Shown here in pieces: positions 18,803 through 26,844 of a stretch of DNA of 64,000 nucleotides (position 1 is its first letter; every line of letters begins with the position of its first letter). The notes under the pieces were generated by a model. It worked only from the letters and a program-made list of their open reading frames with translations, did not search any database and was not told the origin of the DNA. The DNA lies in the NCBI GenBank assembly GCA_963820595.1, contig CAWGAO010000007.1:49071-113070 (forward strand). The letters run 5' to 3'. A program made the translations under genes and the position numbers. Source of the stretch: Candidatus Tagabacteria bacterium (lineage in GTDB: Bacteria; Patescibacteriota; Minisyncoccia; GCA-002779875).

Positions 18803-19798
18803 TTATTTAAGCGATAATTCTAACTTTGCGAGTGCTTCTTTAATTTGATCCACGGCCTTTTTGCCGATACCCTCGATTTCCAAAAGGTCACCTTCTTTTT
18901 TTCTTGTTAACCCTCCGATTGTCCGTATTCCGGCACCCGATAAAGCGCTTGAAACGCGGGCAGGAAGATTCAAATCCTCAATACGGGTTTTAAGAGTTTC
19001 GGCTTCGGGCATGCCCTCTTCTTTCTTTTCGACCTCTGCTTCGGTTACTTCCTCGGCCGAAACTTTCTCGGCCTCCTTTTCCTTGGAAGACATTATTTCT
19101 TCGGATTTTTCTTCGATTCCAGCAATCGCTCCCAATTGTTTTATAATAGTTTTGATTGCCTGTTCTAAAGCTTCGGCTGGGGATATACTCCCATCGGTTT
19201 CAATTACAAAACGAAGACGGTTGTAGTCCGTTCGATCGCCAACACGCATATTTTCAACTTCGTAATTCACTCTTCTTATGGGCGTAAAAATGGCATCTAA
19301 AATCAGGGTTCCAATGTCAACTTTTTCTTTTTGCAAAACTTCGCGTGGAACGTAACCCAATCCCTTTTCAACCGTTAATTCGAGTTTTAATTTTGCATCT
19401 TTGGTTGTCAAAGTTGCAATCGGCAGATCTTTATTTAAAATTTCCACCTGGCTGGGCGCGACAAGGTCCTTTGCGGTAATTTTTTTCGGCCCTTTCGCGG
19501 AAAGCATAACCGTCTGAGGTTCGTCGGTGTGTATTTTAAATCTGAGTTGCTTCAAGTTCAAAAGAATAAGAATAATATCTTCTTTTACGCCCGGAATAGT
19601 TGAGAATTCATGATTAATCCCTTCGATTTTAACGGCAGTGGCGGCGGCGCCCGGTAAAGACGATAAAATCACCCTTCTTAAGGCATTGCCGACGGTGTAG
19701 CCGTAACCGGCATAAAGACCGTCAATCTCATATATGCCCTTATTACCTTCTTCTGAAACAACTCTGGGCTTTGATGGTAAAATGATATCGTATTGCAT
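18803..19798 (-). CDS. rpoA: DNA-directed RNA polymerase subunit alpha
   Basis: The N-terminal domain (GNALRRVLLSSLPG-like: GNALRRVILSSLPGAA) and the C-terminal HhH domain (IEDLNLPARVSSAL) are both present. Confidence 0.95.
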   Translation of the reverse strand: MQYDIILPSKPRVVSEEGNKGIYEIDGLYAGYGYTVGNALRRVILSSLPGAAATAVKIEGINHEFSTIPGVKEDIILILLNLKQLRFKIHTDEPQTVMLSAKGPKKITAKDLVAPSQVEILNKDLPIATLTTKDAKLKLELTVEKGLGYVPREVLQKEKVDIGTLILDAIFTPIRRVNYEVENMRVGDRTDYNRLRFVIETDGSISPAEALEQAIKTIIKQLGAIAGIEEKSEEIMSSKEKEAEKVSAEEVTEAEVEKKEEGMPEAETLKTRIEDLNLPARVSSALSGAGIRTIGGLTRKKEGDLLEIEGIGKKAVDQIKEALAKLELSLK

Positions 19799-19836
19799 AT
19801 TCTTGTTATTTATTATTAGTTATAAGTTATTTATTT

Positions 19837-20472
19837 TTACCTTGAATAAAACTCAATAATGGCGTTTAAATTAGTTTTTACATCCATATCCTGCACGCTC
19901 GGTTTTCCGACAACTTTTCCTTCCCTTTTTTCCTTATCCAATTCCAACCAGACCGGCGGATTGTACTTTTTCAAATAAATATCCAGATCCTGAAAAACTT
20001 TTTTCGAAGCACTTTGCAACCGAATGGCGACTTTGTCTCCGGTTTTCAGTCGATAAGAAGGAATGTTTATCCTTTTGCCGTTGACAATAATGTGACCGTG
20101 GCCTACCAGCTGTTTTGCAACGCTTCTCGATTTGCCGAATCCAAGCCGGTAAACAGCGTTATCAAGTCTCGATTCCAAAATTTCGGCAAGCCGGGAGGTT
20201 ATATCAACCCCTTTTCCTTTCAGCGCTTCCTGAATGTAATTTTTAAACTGGCGTTCGCGCAAAAGATAAAGGAATTTTAGTTTCTGTTTTTCGCGTAATT
20301 GAAATCCGTATTCGGACATTGACCTTCTTGGTCTTTTGGCAGTCTGGCTTTTTTGGACTCCGGGCGGATAAGATTTCCGGATAACGGGACATTTGGGACT
20401 ATAACATTTCTCCTCTTTCAAAAAGAGTTTTTCTCCAGCCCTACGGCATGTTCTACATTTTAAATTTATCAT
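19837..20472 (-). CDS. rpsD: 30S ribosomal protein S4 (Cys4 N-terminus)
   Basis: S4 domain (LDNAVYRLGFGKSRSVAKQLVGHGHIIVNGK) and an N-terminal CRTC...CPKC zinc ribbon. Confidence 0.93.
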   Translation of the reverse strand: MINLKCRTCRRAGEKLFLKEEKCYSPKCPVIRKSYPPGVQKSQTAKRPRRSMSEYGFQLREKQKLKFLYLLRERQFKNYIQEALKGKGVDITSRLAEILESRLDNAVYRLGFGKSRSVAKQLVGHGHIIVNGKRINIPSYRLKTGDKVAIRLQSASKKVFQDLDIYLKKYNPPVWLELDKEKREGKVVGKPSVQDMDVKTNLNAIIEFYSR

Positions 20473-20675
20473 GCCAAAATTATATGAGCGTTAGCGAATA
20501 AATAATTTTGAGCACCCCCTCACTCGAAATCACAAACAAGTTTTTTCGAAAAAGGAAGTGTTGTTTGAATAATTTTTTCTTAAACATATTCATAATCTTT
20601 TTTATTTCGAGTGAGGGGGTAAAGGTTTGGCAACAGAATTTTTCGCCTACGGCTCAAAATTCTGGCCAATTTGCT
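20473..20675. repeat. nested-hairpin intercistronic element, long form (copy B5, 'filled')
   Basis: Hairpin 1: CCCCCTCACTCGAAA (20515-20529) / TTTCGAGTGAGGGGG (20605-20619). Hairpin 2: CAGAATTTT/AAAATTCTG. The reverse complement of TATAAT lies at 20479-20484, 6 nt from the rpsD ATG. Confidence 0.9.
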
Positions 20676-21110
20676 TTATACTCGTCTTGGTTTTGGCGGA
20701 CGTGGTCCGTTATGCGGTATAGGGGTAACGTCGCGAATAGAATTGAAATCGACGCCTTTTGCGGCAAACGAACGTATTGCCGCTTCTCTGCCAGCCCCTA
20801 CGCCTTTTACTCTGATACCCACGTCTTTAATGCCTATCATTTTTGCTTTGTCGGCCATAAGTTCGGCGACCTTGGAGGCAGCAAACGGTGTGCCTTTTTT
20901 GGCGCCCTTAAATCCCAAAGCTCCGGCCGAAGCAGAAATTATAACATTACCTTTTTCATCGGTTAAAGACAGGATAGTATTGTTATAAGTGGATTGGATA
21001 TGTAAAATGCCGCTTACTAACTTTGTCTTAGGCAAGCGCCCCATCGAACGGGCAGCAAGACTCTGATCAACCGTTCCTCCCGCTTTTTTGATAATTCTTT
21101 TTTTACCCAT
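20676..21110 (-). CDS. rpsK: 30S ribosomal protein S11
   Basis: ...GFKGAKKGTPFAA...GVGAGREAAIR... and a C-terminal PHNGPRPPKPRRV. Confidence 0.93.
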   Translation of the reverse strand: MGKKRIIKKAGGTVDQSLAARSMGRLPKTKLVSGILHIQSTYNNTILSLTDEKGNVIISASAGALGFKGAKKGTPFAASKVAELMADKAKMIGIKDVGIRVKGVGAGREAAIRSFAAKGVDFNSIRDVTPIPHNGPRPPKPRRV

Positions 21111-21211
21111 GTGCCAAAATTATATGAGCGTTAGCGAATAAATAATTTAAAGATTCTGCAGTTTGGCAACAGAATTTTTCGCCTACGGCTCAAAATTCTG
21201 GCCAATTCGCT
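21111..21211. repeat. intercistronic element lacking hairpin 1 (copy B6, 'empty')
   Basis: Flanks are identical to B5 (CCAAAATTATATGAGCGTTAGCGAATAAATAATTT ... TTTGGCAACAGAATTTTTCGCCTACGGCTCAAAATTCTGGCCAATT). The TGAGCA-CCCCC...GGGGG block is absent. Confidence 0.85.
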
Positions 21212-21592
21212 TTATGTCTTTTCCAATTTTCTTCTTCCGCTTGTAGCTGTCCTTCTTATGTTTCCTCTTCGGGTTCTGGAATTTGTTTTTGTACGCTGTC
21301 CTCTCGACGGCAAGCCTTTCATGTGTCGCATTCCCCGATAACTTTTTATGTCGCGCAGGCGTTTGATGTTCAGCATTATTTCTCGACGGAGCTCCCCTTC
21401 AACGCGATGTTTTTCAACTTCCTCTCTAAGGCGGGCCGCTTCGGCCGGGGTTAAGTCTTTAGTTTTTTTATCTTTGGGAATGCCAATTTTCTCAAGAATT
21501 TTTTGCGCCAAAGGAACGCCAATCCCATAGAGATAGCTAAGGGCCACGTCCAAATGTTTGTTATCCGGTATATTCGCTCCTGCGATACGCAT
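21212..21592 (-). CDS. rpsM: 30S ribosomal protein S13
   Basis: [25 protein letters not shown]... and a basic C-terminus. Confidence 0.93.
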   Translation of the reverse strand: MRIAGANIPDNKHLDVALSYLYGIGVPLAQKILEKIGIPKDKKTKDLTPAEAARLREEVEKHRVEGELRREIMLNIKRLRDIKSYRGMRHMKGLPSRGQRTKTNSRTRRGNIRRTATSGRRKLEKT

Positions 21593-21672
21593 AATCTTGT
21601 TAGTTATCTTTTATCCTTAAACCAAATAAAATTTTTATTCGATCGGGTAATCAATCCACCGCGCGGATTTTT

Positions 21673-21789
21673 TTATCCTTGCCTTTGTTTGTGCTTGGGA
21701 TTTTTTCTGCAAATAACATAAACTCGACCTTTTCGTCGAATCATTTTGCAATCTTTACATCTCGTTTTTACTGAAGCGCGTACTTTCAT
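21673..21789 (-). CDS. rpmJ: 50S ribosomal protein L36 (38 aa, not in the ORF track)
   Basis: My translation is [38 protein letters not shown]. Its ATG overlaps the infA TGA as ATGA. Confidence 0.9.
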   Translation of the reverse strand: MKVRASVKTRCKDCKMIRRKGRVYVICRKNPKHKQRQG

Positions 21790-22007
21790 AGACGTTGTAT
21801 TATTCTCCCCTTATCTTCGCCGTAGGGACTTAGTTCTATTTTTACTTTATTGCCTACGAAGACTCTAATGTGATATAACCGCATTCTGCCCGCCAAATTA
21901 GCCAAAATTTCGCGGCCATCTTCAAGAAGCACTCGAAATGTCGTATTCGGCAAAGCCTCAATTACCGTTCCCAGAACAATTTTCCCTTTTTCTTTACTTT
22001 CCGGCAT
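21786..22007 (-). CDS. infA: translation initiation factor IF-1
   Basis: S1-like fold sequence [31 protein letters not shown]; 73 aa; ends with TGA. Confidence 0.93.
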   Translation of the reverse strand: MPESKEKGKIVLGTVIEALPNTTFRVLLEDGREILANLAGRMRLYHIRVFVGNKVKIELSPYGEDKGRIIQRL

Positions 22008-22101
22008 TATTTAAACTACAGATATAATATTAGCAGAATAAATATTAATAAGTCAAGCCCAGCCCCAGTTTTTCGAAAAACTGGGGTTGGGCTCAAAAAA
22101 T

Positions 22102-23433
22102 CTATTTGATAATCAGTAAAATATTGATTTTTGCGGGGTTTTGGGGAATTTGTCGCCACCAACCGGGTTTAAAAACAATTTTTGCCTTTTCTATCGCTGG
22201 GTATTTCTGAAACGCGCCATTCGGATTCCCTTTTTCCTTTATCAACTCATTTTTAACGTCGGGTTCGTCAATTTTCCATGCGAAATTGGCCCGCCCTTTA
22301 AGACTGAACGTAATGCTGGTTGAAGCAAAATTCTTCAATTCAAAAGAAAGTTTTTCTGGATTAATAATTTCTATTTGCGGGGCGATATCCGGGCTGAAAT
22401 ATTTCTCGGCGAGCGTTTGATTTATATCTGATTTTTTTAAAAGAAAACCGAAAAGAGTGGCGCTTTCTTCCAATCCGAGCTGGTCCGTTGCCTCGCCGGG
22501 TTTCGGTTTATTTTTAGGTTCGTCAAAAACGATTTGTCTGGCGTTATTGTAAAGCAAAAAGTTATCGGCTTTTGGATTTCCGCTTATTTTCAAAAGATAA
22601 TCTTTGACCTTTTCTTTTAGCGACGATTCCAGGCTGTTTACGTCATTTTCAGTCACAACCGGAGCTTCGCCCACGAATCCGCCCTCGATTTTGGTTTTGG
22701 AACGGCCGTAAATTTTTTCGCGTTTCACCGGGTCTTGAAAACCAGGAATAGTAAAATCGGTAAGGTCGCTATTGTATTCCTCGCCCGGCTTATCCGCGTA
22801 TATGGTTGCATCAATCTCGCTTGCCGTAATTTTACCGCCATCGACATTCGCGCCCGGCACGATAATCGTTTTGTCTATACGATAAATTTTCCCGTCAGGC
22901 GTTTGAAAACGGGTGCCGCCTATTAATTTTTGGGATTGCGAACTGTAAACGTTGTAAATCGCTATTTGGCCGCTAGCTTTCCGGCTAATCTGTTTTTTGC
23001 CTGAAGGTTGCATAACGCCAGTTTCTTTCCGGCTCGATTGCATTACTTCAAGCGGCAGTTCGTCTTTTTGAGGTTCTACGGAAGCCTGTAAAGTTACGTC
23101 AACGTCAGCGGATTCTTGATGCGGCGTTATTTCTACGGTAATCGAAGACAATTTATTTAAAATAACAATCCCGCCGATTACCAAGACAGCCAGGATTAAA
23201 AATCCCGAAATAAATTTTAATTTGCGTTTTGAACGGTGAAATTCGAGGCGAGGCAATTTAAAGCGCGGAAAACTTATTTCTGCTTCCCTTTTCGGTTTTT
23301 CTTCCGGCTTCTTCTCTTTTGATTTGTCGGGTTTTTTATCCTCTTTACTTTTATCCCGCGGCTGTTGTCTTGGCAAAGATTGAGGAGGCTGCTTTCGGGA
23401 AACGACAATATCCTGAATTATTCTTTTTGCCAT
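22102..23433 (-). CDS. hypothetical membrane-anchored protein with a Lys/Pro-rich N-terminus
   Basis: 443-aa ORF with a single TM helix (FISGFLILAVLVIGGIVIL). No family is recognisable. Confidence 0.55.
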   Translation of the reverse strand: MAKRIIQDIVVSRKQPPQSLPRQQPRDKSKEDKKPDKSKEKKPEEKPKREAEISFPRFKLPRLEFHRSKRKLKFISGFLILAVLVIGGIVILNKLSSITVEITPHQESADVDVTLQASVEPQKDELPLEVMQSSRKETGVMQPSGKKQISRKASGQIAIYNVYSSQSQKLIGGTRFQTPDGKIYRIDKTIIVPGANVDGGKITASEIDATIYADKPGEEYNSDLTDFTIPGFQDPVKREKIYGRSKTKIEGGFVGEAPVVTENDVNSLESSLKEKVKDYLLKISGNPKADNFLLYNNARQIVFDEPKNKPKPGEATDQLGLEESATLFGFLLKKSDINQTLAEKYFSPDIAPQIEIINPEKLSFELKNFASTSITFSLKGRANFAWKIDEPDVKNELIKEKGNPNGAFQKYPAIEKAKIVFKPGWWRQIPQNPAKINILLIIK

Positions 23434-23597
23434 GATTGATTTTTAAGGAGTGAAACGACTATAAAAATCGTCACCCGCCCAAATTTTTTAATTATTCTTA
23501 ATAATATCATCAAATTTAGTTTTCTTGATAAAATTTACTTAATCCGTTTAAACGTTATACTTCAAAAATTTAGGCGGGTTAAGAAAAACATAGTCGC
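23434..23597. repeat. nested-hairpin intercistronic element, short form (copy A3)
   Basis: GAAACGACTATAAAAATCGT-CACCCGCCCAAATTTTT...AAAAATTTAGGCGGGTT-AAGAAAAACATAGTCGCTTACGCTCC. Confidence 0.8.
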
Positions 23598-24785
23598 TTA
23601 CGCTCCTTGTTTTTCTAAAAATAATTTATCTGCGAATAAAGCTTCAAGCATTAATAAAATATCTTTATCTTCACTAAATCCTTTTCTAAAAACAAAGTGG
23701 TTCTTAAAAGCTTCGGGTAAAAGAAATTGGTTCGTAAACGGCTGCTCCGCGGTGCACGGCGCAAATTCTTTTAAAACTAGGGCTCCTTTACCGCCGATAA
23801 AAAGGAAATTTTTCGGAAGAAAAGAAAATTCTTTTGCGCCTTCCAAAGCTTCTTTGAAAAAATCGCACCATTTTGCGACGGCATCCGTAATAATCTTTCG
23901 CACTTTTTCGCTAGTGTCGACGTGCAAATCTCCTCTTGCATATTGACTCAAAAGGGAGACAGATTCTTCCGGCGAAAAACGGAAAAAGTTCGCGATTCTC
24001 CGTACCAAAAAATTCTCTCCCAAAGGAAACGAAATCGACTCTTCCAGAATTCCGTTTCTAATAAGAAGCAAATCTGTTATTTCTCCTCCAACATCAATCA
24101 GAAGCAATCCTTTACCGATATCGAGAACGTCTTTTAGCGCGTTAAATGCAACGAAAGGAAAACTTTGGAAGCGAACAGGCATTTCGCCGAAACTATGGGA
24201 AACGCATTCCCGAAGCACGTCTTGAACGGCTTTGATTCCAAGGCTCACATAAAAAGAAAGTTCAAAGTTATGGACGCGTTTTCCCGCCAGATTTTTTACG
24301 GAATAGCCGTTTAAGCTGGTTTGCATTATTTCTTGTTCGATAACCTCCACGGCGTTACTGCTTTTTATTTGTCGGGAATTTCCTTTTTGCCATTGCTTTT
24401 CAAAAGACGCTGCTTCTTCATTGATGACACCGTTTAGAAAACGTTCGGTAATTTTAAAAGGTTTTGATTTTCTGAATCTGATAATCTTGGTTTGAGAAAC
24501 ATAATAAGGCGAGGAAAAAGTAATTATTACCGAGTCGGGCTTTTTCTTTCCTTCCGGCATTTTTTTGCGTAAAGCGGCGATTACTCTTTCAAATGTCTTA
24601 TGAATGGACCTCTTGGCTTTCTGAAAATTCAATTCGGGTAAAATTTCCGTTGGGAATCTCGAAGTGGTCAAAACCTCGGGGAGCCTGTCCGGATGATGTA
24701 TAAACAAAATTCCTCCCACCGAAGAACTGGTTATATCGAATGACGCGATTAAAACTTCTTTTTTGGGGCGGCTGAAAATACCCAT
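23598..24785 (-). CDS. actin-like ATPase (FtsA/PilM family)
   Basis: FDITSSSVGG (phosphate 1) and LLIDVGGEITDLLLI (phosphate 2) motifs. Confidence 0.6.
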   Translation of the reverse strand: MGIFSRPKKEVLIASFDITSSSVGGILFIHHPDRLPEVLTTSRFPTEILPELNFQKAKRSIHKTFERVIAALRKKMPEGKKKPDSVIITFSSPYYVSQTKIIRFRKSKPFKITERFLNGVINEEAASFEKQWQKGNSRQIKSSNAVEVIEQEIMQTSLNGYSVKNLAGKRVHNFELSFYVSLGIKAVQDVLRECVSHSFGEMPVRFQSFPFVAFNALKDVLDIGKGLLLIDVGGEITDLLLIRNGILEESISFPLGENFLVRRIANFFRFSPEESVSLLSQYARGDLHVDTSEKVRKIITDAVAKWCDFFKEALEGAKEFSFLPKNFLFIGGKGALVLKEFAPCTAEQPFTNQFLLPEAFKNHFVFRKGFSEDKDILLMLEALFADKLFLEKQGA

Positions 24786-24937
24786 ATTGTTATTATACTA
24801 CATATTAAAAAGCAAAAAATGGGTTAATCCACAAAATAAAATCGGCGGGAATGTAGTTCCCGCCGAGGATTAATTGAGCCGGTAGAGACGTATCTTTACC
24901 GGGGTTTGATTTGATCAGATTTTTTCCAAAACGGATT

Positions 24938-26365
24938 TTAAAAATTTGGCGATTTGGAATGTTTAAAGATAATCGTCCGTTCCTGGGACCATGTCTGGAT
25001 AATTCCTTTGGACGTTCCGATTATTGCTCCTCCGGGATGCCCGCAAGGCCCGAAATGGTGCCATTCCGGCGCTCCGGTTGTCGGGGCTAATATGCCCGCA
25101 TACGTTGTCCCGTTTACCGTGCGACCGATGACGTAATTAAGAAAAGCGGGGTCGTCGTCCACTACGGCCGCTGTCAGATGGTTTCCCATTCTGTCACACA
25201 GTTTTAGAATGAGGTCAAGGTCTTCTTTCGTCGACCAAGACGTTATTACCTGCACCGGACCGAAAACTTCCGTGGTAACAAGTTTGAAATTCGGCATTAT
25301 TTCCGAAAGAGGCACAAATACGGCCGTGGGCTCAAACGCACCATAACAAAACGGTATTTTATGTCCGGTTAACGGCTTACCGCCGAAAAGTAAATGGGCG
25401 CCATTAATTTTCAGCAACTTCGCGATATGCGCTTGAATCTGTTCGTTTGTCCAAGTAAGCACCGGGCCGATAGATAAATCCGCAAGATTTCTTTCCCGTG
25501 CCAATAAACGTAATTTTCGAACAACAAATTGAACAGATTCTGATTCCCAATTTCCATGAATAAAAAGAATGCTCTGGGCACTGCATTTTTGCCCAGAGGC
25601 CGCGTAAGCATCCTTATCGCAAATTATCGCCACTTCATCGGATAAATAAACATGCGGTCCCAAAATTTTCCAGTCAAAACCGGCGTCTTCTATCTTCACC
25701 CGACCTTCTGTAATTTTCAGAAGTTTTCTGGCAACATCGCTCCCGCCCGTGAACTGGGTAAGTTGAACGATAAACTGCTTATCTTTATTTTTGGCAGAAA
25801 CCAATTTTTCCATCACGGAACCGGAACAATGGATAAGAAGCATATCGTCTTTCGGCATGCCGCAGTGAAGCAGAAGCCGGACAAAAGCTTCTCCGACAAT
25901 TGAAGTGATACTGGCTGTCTTTAAAATGGGCTTGTTGCCCATAAATAAGGCACCCATCAATTGGAGAGCCATGATTTCCAGAGGAAAATTAAAAGGCGTG
26001 ATTATGGCGACCGGACCGAACGGCCAACGGTAATCCCGCGGCTCATCTCCGGAATAATTTCCGGGCGTTGTCTGGCCAATAGCAAGATTGCGGACACCGT
26101 TTCCCGAAAACGTTTCAAGAAAATTGGCTACGCAATCCACTTCGCCCTTGCACTGGTCCCAGCCCTTCGGGAAAACGATATTAATCAATTTTGTGAAAAA
26201 TCGGTTGCCCTCGTCGCTCCTCAAAACTTGCGCCGCGTTGCGACACATATCGCCATACGTCCTGTATCTTTCGGGATTATAATACGGATTATGCAGTCCG
26301 TATTTCGGGCATTCCGCTAGTTCTTCCAGAAAAGGCTTTAGTTCGTTTTCCTGCGTATCAGGCAT
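24938..26365 (-). CDS. aldehyde dehydrogenase family protein (P5C-dehydrogenase-like)
   Basis: FTGGSDVARKL, catalytic-Cys region ASGQKCSAQS, and EVFGPV. Confidence 0.8.
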   Translation of the reverse strand: MPDTQENELKPFLEELAECPKYGLHNPYYNPERYRTYGDMCRNAAQVLRSDEGNRFFTKLINIVFPKGWDQCKGEVDCVANFLETFSGNGVRNLAIGQTTPGNYSGDEPRDYRWPFGPVAIITPFNFPLEIMALQLMGALFMGNKPILKTASITSIVGEAFVRLLLHCGMPKDDMLLIHCSGSVMEKLVSAKNKDKQFIVQLTQFTGGSDVARKLLKITEGRVKIEDAGFDWKILGPHVYLSDEVAIICDKDAYAASGQKCSAQSILFIHGNWESESVQFVVRKLRLLARERNLADLSIGPVLTWTNEQIQAHIAKLLKINGAHLLFGGKPLTGHKIPFCYGAFEPTAVFVPLSEIMPNFKLVTTEVFGPVQVITSWSTKEDLDLILKLCDRMGNHLTAAVVDDDPAFLNYVIGRTVNGTTYAGILAPTTGAPEWHHFGPCGHPGGAIIGTSKGIIQTWSQERTIIFKHSKSPNF

Positions 26366-26542
26366 AAGATAAACGGACTACCATTCAATGGATTGATAAT
26401 ATCTTTAAATTGCTCAAGGCTCTCCATTTCCCGTTAACATAATTTCGCAGAGTAATGCAGGCTTTTCGCAGGAAATTGTATCCGGATTCCAAGGAAAAAT
26501 TTCGTTCGGTTTTAGCATTTTCTTACCTCCCTTCCTTAATGA

Positions 26543-26695
26543 TTAAGCCCGAGTAAAACACAAATTACCGCGAACAAAAAAAACAAACCCGATGCATATA
26601 GCAATGCCTGATGCAATGCCAAGGATAAAACCTAGCCCTTTAAAAAACCAGCTGAAAAACACGGGCTCAAACTCATTCTCAAACTCATTCTTCAT
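26543..26695 (-). CDS. possible 50-aa membrane peptide (not in the ORF track)
   Basis: AAAGGAGG lies 7 nt upstream of the ATG. Product MKNEFENEFEPVFFSWFFKGLGFILGIASGIAICIGFVFFVRGNLCFTRA has one clear TM helix. Confidence 0.4.
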   Translation of the reverse strand: MKNEFENEFEPVFFSWFFKGLGFILGIASGIAICIGFVFFVRGNLCFTRA

Positions 26696-26844
26696 CGTTT
26701 TGCCTCCTTTGGGTTTTCAAAATACACCAAATTCCAATGATATTCCTATCACTTCTTTCTTTTTTGTCAATAGCAATTTGCATTTGCGCAACATAAAAAG
26801 CGTGGCTCATTTTAGCCACGCTTTTAAGTTTACTTTGAGATAAA

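Noticed and set aside
18099-21211. The possibility that the repeated hairpins form a CRISPR array.
   Set aside because: The repeats are separated by whole genes rather than 25-40-nt spacers. The units are long, internally palindromic and variable in length, and no cas genes are present.
21786-21789. Alternative genetic code (UGA read as Gly or Trp, as in some candidate phyla) as an explanation for the many broken genes.
   Set aside because: TGA terminates infA exactly at its conserved C-terminus (the ATGA overlap with rpmJ) and also terminates the 48089 ORF. The breaks I traced are frameshifts, not in-frame TGA codons.
26414-26518. A 34-aa ORF (MLKPNEIFPWNPDTISCEKPALLCEIMLTGNGEP) with a GGGAGG SD upstream of the 24938 ALDH gene.
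   Set aside because: It has a good SD but no hydrophobic or other recognisable features, and conservation cannot be assessed here. I have kept only the neighbouring 50-aa TM peptide as a low-confidence feature.
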